Position numbers and translations under genes: made by a program. 64,000 nucleotides of DNA from Candidatus Poribacteria bacterium. GTDB lineage: Bacteria; Poribacteria; WGA-4E; WGA-3G. The DNA is taken from NCBI GenBank assembly GCA_009841255.1, contig VXMD01000050.1, forward strand, positions 17,533-81,532, given 5' to 3'. The notes under the pieces were generated by a model. That model was not told the DNA's origin, made no database searches, and saw nothing but the letters and a program-made list of their open reading frames with translations. Of this stretch, positions 58,641 to 64,000 are shown one piece after another (position 1 is the stretch's first letter; each line of letters begins with the position of its first letter).

Positions 58641-59654
58641 TTAAATTTCGCCGTTACTTTCGCGGGTCATGAGGGTCAGGAAATTGTCAACCCGATCGAT
58701 TGCGGCTTGGGCGCGGTCGCGTGCCGATGCGTCTTTTTCCGATTCAGCGAGCCATTGTCGGCGTTGTGAGAGCCATTCGTTTGTCAGATGGTCGAGTTGG
58801 TTCAGGAAGTGAGGATCCTCGGTTTCACTGACGAAATACTCAATCACACCCAGCAATCCATATTTACGGTTTGTCTCCATATCGTCTAATTCATCTACCA
58901 TTTCCAAGAAAAGATGTTGATTCCTATCCTGTCGGGCTTGGGCAACTTCACGCGAGGCCTCTGTCAAGAGTTTGTCGACGAATTCCTGTTTGGAGTTAAT
59001 CCAACGCGGTAGGTTCCGGACGTAGTCTTCAAGGTCAAAGTTTCCACGTTGTAGCGCGAAATGGGAGTGGATGTGAATGTTTCGGAAGAAAGCGGTATAA
59101 CCGACGTTCGGGTCCATGGTGTCAGCATCGTAGAGGACTTGGTTTTCGATCCGATTGTAGAGCAGTTTAAAGTCCTCTGCTGTGAGGTTCATCGGCTTTA
59201 GGTGCGCGAGGACAACGGCTGTCGCCGCTTGGACGAAATCAGGATCAAAATCATACATCGCCAAGATGTTCTCGGTGATGACTGCCCCGGATTCGTGATG
59301 GACCTTGCCGTGGAGGTTGTGTTTGTCGTAGAGTTCGGTAACAACGTTCTGACCGGCAGGGGTGAGCGTCTCGTTTAGCCAGAAACCGTTGTGGTCGAGG
59401 ATACGTTGTCCGTTGTCGTCAGTCAAGATAACACCGTCGTACCGTTTGGTGATATCGTGCAGGGTGCCGGCGACTTCAAGCAACTTCACATCCCCGCCTT
59501 CCCGCTTACCGAGTTCCATGCTCAGCGCACGCACACGCATGGTGTGGTTCCATGTATAGTGTCGCCACTGGAAACCGACGCGGTTGTGTTCCCAGAGTGC
59601 GAAGGTTTCGTTAACTAAAGTTTCCAATTCATTCAAGACTTGGCTATAGTTCAT
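58641..59654 (-). CDS. HD-domain phosphohydrolase-like protein
   Basis: H...HD motif (GTLHDITK). Conserved leader element abuts the ATG. Confidence 0.55.
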   Translation of the reverse strand: MNYSQVLNELETLVNETFALWEHNRVGFQWRHYTWNHTMRVRALSMELGKREGGDVKLLEVAGTLHDITKRYDGVILTDDNGQRILDHNGFWLNETLTPAGQNVVTELYDKHNLHGKVHHESGAVITENILAMYDFDPDFVQAATAVVLAHLKPMNLTAEDFKLLYNRIENQVLYDADTMDPNVGYTAFFRNIHIHSHFALQRGNFDLEDYVRNLPRWINSKQEFVDKLLTEASREVAQARQDRNQHLFLEMVDELDDMETNRKYGLLGVIEYFVSETEDPHFLNQLDHLTNEWLSQRRQWLAESEKDASARDRAQAAIDRVDNFLTLMTRESNGEI

Positions 59655-59754
59655 TTTTTAATTTTTCCTTGCGGTTAAAGTTCGTGCGTTTCGACGTTGA
59701 GGGGCGTTGCTTATATCTGAAGAAATCCGCTAATTACTATCTGCCAAATCCGCC
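59655..59754 (-). repeat. leader-type intergenic element abutting the ATG of HD-domain gene 58641..59654
   Basis: The minus-strand reading ends ...CGAAACGCACGAACTTTAACCGCAAGGAAAAATTAAAAA-ATG. Confidence 0.6.
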
Positions 59755-60495
59755 TCAGGCGTTATATTTAACTTCAATGAGAGATAATCCGTGTGCTGGA
59801 GCTGACATTCCTGCTGCGGCTCGGTCTTTGGCATCTAAAATACGACGAAGTTCCATCTCAGCATCTCGGCATTTCGTGTATTTCAGAAGGGTACCCGTGA
59901 TGGCGCGCACCATACCTCGTAGGAAGGCATCCGCTTCAATCTCAAAGTAGACGTAGGGTGCTTTTGTCCACCAGTATGCCTCGTAAATCTCACAAATAGG
60001 GTTTATCCGGTCGCTCCCTACCTTTTGGAAAGAGGAGAAATCGTGTTTACCGACCAGCGTTTGGCACACATTGTTTGTTCGCGAGATATCGATTTCTGTT
60101 GCGAAGCGGTAACTCGTCTGTCGCATCAATGCACTCGGATATTCCCGATTCAAAATCGTGTACCGATACCGCCGACGTGTCGCGCTGAAGCGGGCGTGAA
60201 ACTCGACAGGCACCTCTGTTGCGGAGCAGACGACGATATCCGGCGGCAGGAGAGCGTTGAGTCCTTTCTGGAATGCGACGACGGGTATCCGTGAATCCGT
60301 CTGGAAGTTGGCGACCTGTCCCTCTGCGTGGACACCGGTATCGGTCCTCCCTGCCCCGATGATCTGTATCGGGGTTTTGGTGAGTTTTGCCAATGCCTCC
60401 TCGATGGTGTCTTGGATTGTCGGCATGTTCGGTTGCGTCTGCCAGCCGTGATAATTCGTGCCATCGTATTCAAGCACGAGTTTAATGTTTCGCAT
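59755..60495 (-). CDS. truA: tRNA pseudouridine(38-40) synthase
   Basis: MRNIKLVLEYDGTNYHGWQ and catalytic-Asp region GRTDTGVHA. Confidence 0.9.
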   Translation of the reverse strand: MRNIKLVLEYDGTNYHGWQTQPNMPTIQDTIEEALAKLTKTPIQIIGAGRTDTGVHAEGQVANFQTDSRIPVVAFQKGLNALLPPDIVVCSATEVPVEFHARFSATRRRYRYTILNREYPSALMRQTSYRFATEIDISRTNNVCQTLVGKHDFSSFQKVGSDRINPICEIYEAYWWTKAPYVYFEIEADAFLRGMVRAITGTLLKYTKCRDAEMELRRILDAKDRAAAGMSAPAHGLSLIEVKYNA

Positions 60496-60669
60496 TATGC
60501 CACCCTGTTATAGGGTTCATGGAAGTCTAATAAATAAAGGGTATCATATTCCTATATTAAGTGTCAAATCAATTCCTACCCAACAAGAACTTGATAATTT
60601 CTTTCATGGTGTGCTATTATATTTTCAGTGAGAGCCAGTGGCGAATGCAGGTCGTGGTGATAGGAGGGA

Positions 60670-61464
60670 TTGTTTATGGTGAGCCGACAAGAAATTCAGG
60701 CTACTTGTGATGCCATCGTACGCGAGTTCGCGCCGCTACAAGTAATCCTTTTTGGATCTTATGGGTATGGCACCCCTACAGAAGACTCAGATGTCGATCT
60801 ACTTGTTGTCATGGCGATTCCGGAGTCGGAGACGCGCCGCCAAGCGTCAGAAATTAAACAGCGCATTTCCCATCGCTTTCCTATGGATTTGCTTGTTCGA
60901 TCGCCGGAAGAGATTGCGTATCGCCTCTCATATAATGACTGGTTTCTTCGCGAGGTAACTGAAAAAGGGGAAGTCCTTTATGGGACTGCGGATCCCTTAC
61001 AACGTGCGCTTGCGAAATACTCCGCTACCTGTCCGGATGCGTTGGAAAAGGAGAAGGATGTAATGAATCCATTGACAGTGGAATGGATCCAAAAGGCGGA
61101 GGGCGATCATACCATCATGCACCAGAATTATCGCTCATCGAATCCAGTACACGATGCCATCTGCTTCCATGCCCAGCAGTGTATTGAAAAATATCTCAAA
61201 GCGTGGCTCCAAGTGGCGAACATTCCCTTTACGAGGACACACGATTTAGAAAGGCTACTGAATTTGATTACTCCTACGCTCCCTGATTGGAAAATTTGGC
61301 AAGCCGATTTCTCAACAATTTCTGAACATGCGGTGGATTTCCGTTATCTGGGCAAAGCGGCGACTGATGCTGATGCTCAACACGCTGTAGAAACTTGTGT
61401 TCGGGTTCGCCAAGCGGTTCGGAAAAAGTTGGGATTACCTCCGAATATAGAAAGCGACGGTTAG
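60670..61464 (+). CDS. nucleotidyltransferase (MNT) / HEPN fusion protein
   Basis: N-terminal GSYGYG...DSDVDLLV nucleotidyltransferase motif. C-terminal HEPN-like helical domain. Confidence 0.65.
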   Translation: MFMVSRQEIQATCDAIVREFAPLQVILFGSYGYGTPTEDSDVDLLVVMAIPESETRRQASEIKQRISHRFPMDLLVRSPEEIAYRLSYNDWFLREVTEKGEVLYGTADPLQRALAKYSATCPDALEKEKDVMNPLTVEWIQKAEGDHTIMHQNYRSSNPVHDAICFHAQQCIEKYLKAWLQVANIPFTRTHDLERLLNLITPTLPDWKIWQADFSTISEHAVDFRYLGKAATDADAQHAVETCVRVRQAVRKKLGLPPNIESDG

Positions 61465-61610
61465 CCGCTGATACCTGATAAATAACCACCTTTGATCGTT
61501 GCTACCCCGAAGTTTATCTCTGATTTGAATCGGTCTAAGAAGTGTGGGAAATTCTTGTGTGCGGACGATTTACAGGTTATCAGTTGCATAGATGGACGTA
61601 GTGTTCGAAA

Positions 61611-62612
61611 ATGAAAAACGAAACGCAGGTCTATGACATTCAAGGAAGTCAGCGCGGGACACGTCTCGATCGCTTTCTGATCCAGGCAACGGAAGGGGTA
61701 TCTCGAACCTATCTCCAGCGGTTGATTCGCGAGGGTGAGGTTACCATCAATGGCGCGGTTGCGAAACAACCGAGTTATGCGCTGCGGGACGGTGACCGGG
61801 TGTGCTTGACGCTTCCACCGCCGCGCCCTTTGGACACCGCACAACCTGAACGAATTTCGCTCGACATCCTTCAGGAGGATAGCCACTTAATCGTTCTGAA
61901 TAAACCCGCGGGTATGCTCGTTCATCCTGCGAATGGGGTGAATGTTGGCACGCTTGTGAATGCCTTGCTGGCGCATTGCACAGACCTTTCGGGGATCGGG
62001 GGTGTGGAGCGACCGGGGATCGTTCACAGACTGGACAAGGGAACATCAGGTGTGCTCGTTGTCGCGAAAACGGATGTGGTGCATCGCGGACTCTCGGTTC
62101 AATTTGAACGACATAGCATCACGCGTCAATACGTCGCTGTAGTGTGTGGGGCGCCTACAGAAACCACAGGGACAATTGATGCGCGAATTGCGCGGAGCCG
62201 ACGGGATCGACGGCGGATGACGACGGTTGAGACGGGCGGACGGCACGCTGTCACGCACTATGCGGTCTTGGAGAGGTACCCGCAATTCGCCCTCGTTCAA
62301 CTAACGTTGGAAACCGGACGCCTCCATCAGATTCGCGTACATCTGCAACATATTGGGCATCCTGTGGTCGGAGACGCCGTCTATGGGGGTGAACAACGGG
62401 CTTTGAACGATGCCGACACGCCGGAACTGAAACAGATGCTCTCGCAACTGAAGCGTCAGGCATTGCATGCACGCCTGCTCGGATTTGAGCATCCGGCAAC
62501 GGGGAAACACTTGACTTTTTCAGCAGAGATGCCCGGAGATATGCATCGGATTGTGGGTGCCTTACGGCAGTCGGCAATTAGCCATCAGCGGTCAGCAGTC
62601 GGTGGTCAGTAA
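61611..62612 (+). CDS. rluD: RluA-family 23S rRNA pseudouridine synthase (RluD-like)
   Basis: S4 domain followed by the catalytic HRLDKGTSG motif. Confidence 0.85.
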   Translation: MKNETQVYDIQGSQRGTRLDRFLIQATEGVSRTYLQRLIREGEVTINGAVAKQPSYALRDGDRVCLTLPPPRPLDTAQPERISLDILQEDSHLIVLNKPAGMLVHPANGVNVGTLVNALLAHCTDLSGIGGVERPGIVHRLDKGTSGVLVVAKTDVVHRGLSVQFERHSITRQYVAVVCGAPTETTGTIDARIARSRRDRRRMTTVETGGRHAVTHYAVLERYPQFALVQLTLETGRLHQIRVHLQHIGHPVVGDAVYGGEQRALNDADTPELKQMLSQLKRQALHARLLGFEHPATGKHLTFSAEMPGDMHRIVGALRQSAISHQRSAVGGQ

Positions 62613-62704
62613 TCGGATGTCCTTATGAGATGATCCCATTGATTTTTTAATCTATATCCAATTCGTTCGTTTCAAGAAATCAATCTGCGAAAGGTAAAGG
62701 AAAT

Positions 62705-63697
62705 TTGTCTATGGAATATGTCAATTTTGGAAAAGCAGGGGTTAAGGTAAGTCCACTCGCATTGGGTTTAGGGCTCAGAGGACAAGGCGACGCGAATGAA
62801 GCCCAAAGACTCGTTGAACACGCCATTGATTCTGGTATCAATCTCATTGATTGTGCCAATATCTATGGACTTATGGACGATCGCGCCAACATTGGTCGTT
62901 CTGAGGAGGTTCTCGGTAAAGCGATTCAGGGGAAACGGGACGACGTAGTGATTACCTCGAAAGTTTTCAGCCAGATCGGTCCGGGTCCGAACGATCAAGG
63001 GTTGTCGAGATACCATATCATGCGAGAGGTGGAACGTTCCCTATCGCGGCTGAACACCGACCACATTGATGTTTATCTCATCCACGCGCCCGATGAAACG
63101 ACGCCGCAGGAGGAGACGGTCCGCGCCATGGACGATCTCGTCCGTTCCGGGAAGGTACGCTACATCGGCTGTTGTAATCATCAGGCATGGCAGGCGTGTA
63201 AAGCACTCTGGATCGCCGATCGGATTAATGCAACGCCCTATATGTGTATTCAGAATATGTATAACCTGCTGAATCGGGATATGGAAACCGAGCTGTTCGG
63301 TTTGGTACGTGAGGAAGGGTTAGGCGTTATGTGTTATAGCCCGTTAGCCGTGGGTTTGTTAAGTGGAGTTTATGCACCGGATGAACCGCCGCCTGCAGGG
63401 ACCTTGTGGGGGACACGCTTACGTGATGAGTTTGAACAACGGATGCGTGGTGAGACGGGACAAGTGATCGTAACCCTCAAGCGACTGGCGGCGGAGTTAG
63501 GTAAAACGCCTGCGCAACTCGCTGTGGCGTGGGTATTATCGCATCCAGAGGTCACTGTGGCAATTAGTGGAAGCGATACGATTGAGCAACTTGACGATAC
63601 ACTCGGCGGTGTTGGTTGGGAACTCGATGCCGCCGTTCGAGAGGAATTAGACGAGGTGTCGAGTTCGTTTGTGCGTCTCATCGCACCACCGGCTTAG
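62705..63697 (+). CDS. aldo/keto reductase
   Basis: AKR motifs. 330 aa. Confidence 0.85.
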   Translation: MSMEYVNFGKAGVKVSPLALGLGLRGQGDANEAQRLVEHAIDSGINLIDCANIYGLMDDRANIGRSEEVLGKAIQGKRDDVVITSKVFSQIGPGPNDQGLSRYHIMREVERSLSRLNTDHIDVYLIHAPDETTPQEETVRAMDDLVRSGKVRYIGCCNHQAWQACKALWIADRINATPYMCIQNMYNLLNRDMETELFGLVREEGLGVMCYSPLAVGLLSGVYAPDEPPPAGTLWGTRLRDEFEQRMRGETGQVIVTLKRLAAELGKTPAQLAVAWVLSHPEVTVAISGSDTIEQLDDTLGGVGWELDAAVREELDEVSSSFVRLIAPPA

Positions 63698-63756
63698 CCT
63701 TCCAACTGAAGATAGGTGCAATTTCCGTGAACTTATCGTTTCGCTGGTGAAGTCTC

Positions 63757-64000
63757 ATGAAATTAATAATCGCTACTGTGTCAGGGATAGCAACAGTCGG
63801 GTTGTTGTGGGTTTTCTTCAGACCCCCCTTCGGAGAGAACATTGTTCACCTGAACACACATCAACGGGTTGTCGCCCTCACCTTTGATGATGGACCGAGT
63901 CCGCCTTATACCCATCAGTTGCTTGATGTCCTCGCCAAACATGATGTCAAAGCCACGTTCTTTATGATCGGGAATCGGGTTGAACAGTATCCTGAAACGG
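63757..64000 (+). CDS. polysaccharide deacetylase family protein, 3' end beyond window
   Basis: ATG at 63757. TM helix followed by the TFDDGP NodB motif. Confidence 0.6.
   Translation, partial: MKLIIATVSGIATVGLLWVFFRPPFGENIVHLNTHQRVVALTFDDGPSPPYTHQLLDVLAKHDVKATFFMIGNRVEQYPET

Noticed and set aside
1-64000. An alternative genetic code (TGA read as Trp or Gly) as the explanation for the in-frame TGAs
   Set aside because: TGA behaves as a stop elsewhere. hisC ends TGA TAA. The FGE gene stop overlaps the mutY start as TGAATATG. The MoxR start overlaps the upstream stop as ATGA. Reading through the vWA gene TGA would translate the intergenic palindromic repeat. GC of about 50% and roughly 20% TGA stops fit the standard code.

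Overview
This 64 kb window looks like a metagenome-type bacterial contig of about 50-55% GC, with housekeeping genes flanking a lower-GC accessory island at roughly 13.1-27.4 kb. All calls rest on visual motif recognition only; no searches or folds were run.

Housekeeping genes I recognise by motif: a MoxR AAA+ ATPase and a DUF58 protein in the classic DUF4350/MoxR/DUF58/SpoIIM-like/RDD cluster, mutY, hisC, ispG, hisD, murA, truA, an RluD-like pseudouridine synthase and uppP. There are two aldo/keto reductases, an SDR and a Gfo/Idh/MocA oxidoreductase. Surface and secreted proteins include an ankyrin repeat protein, a TPR protein, two LamG paralogs, a vWA protein, DUF1080, an FGE/SUMF1 protein and a PQQ beta-propeller. 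There are three phytanoyl-CoA dioxygenase (PhyH) paralogs, a GT4 glycosyltransferase, two polysaccharide deacetylases and an AAC(3)-like acetyltransferase. Two dockerin-bearing proteins sit in tandem. This gene mix resembles planctomycete- or sponge-symbiont-like genomes, but that is a weak inference.

The island carries an MmeI-family single-chain restriction-modification enzyme (nuclease plus N6-adenine methyltransferase). Next to it is a three-gene operon: a DUF4007-like protein, an 1167-aa P-loop NTPase and a PAPS-reductase-like PP-loop enzyme. That is the gene order I recall for SspB-SspC-SspD DNA phosphorothioation modules. Divergent from it is an uncharacterised three-gene operon (369-aa unknown, PIN-like, P-loop NTPase) that may be its effector or a separate defense system. 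A RelE/ParE toxin-antitoxin pair follows.

The most unusual observation: both tandem dockerin proteins end in the N-terminal strand of a thioredoxin fold. Both are interrupted by an in-frame TGA exactly where the first cysteine of the CxxC motif belongs. The frame continues with xxC and the rest of the thioredoxin fold. The TGA is conserved in both diverged copies and each is followed by a hairpin. This is the signature of a selenocysteine (UxxC) thioredoxin-like selenoprotein pair.

Intergenic DNA is unusually rich in structured repeats. A roughly 90-nt element ends in CCGCAAGG(T/A)AAA(A/C)ATTAAAA and abuts the ATG of at least five unrelated genes. There are also MITE-like elements with terminal inverted repeats, short REP-like hairpins whose two stem variants differ by paired compensatory changes, and GGAAG/CTTCC long palindromes. 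No CRISPR array, rRNA or confidently identifiable tRNA was seen. No integrase or transposase was found.
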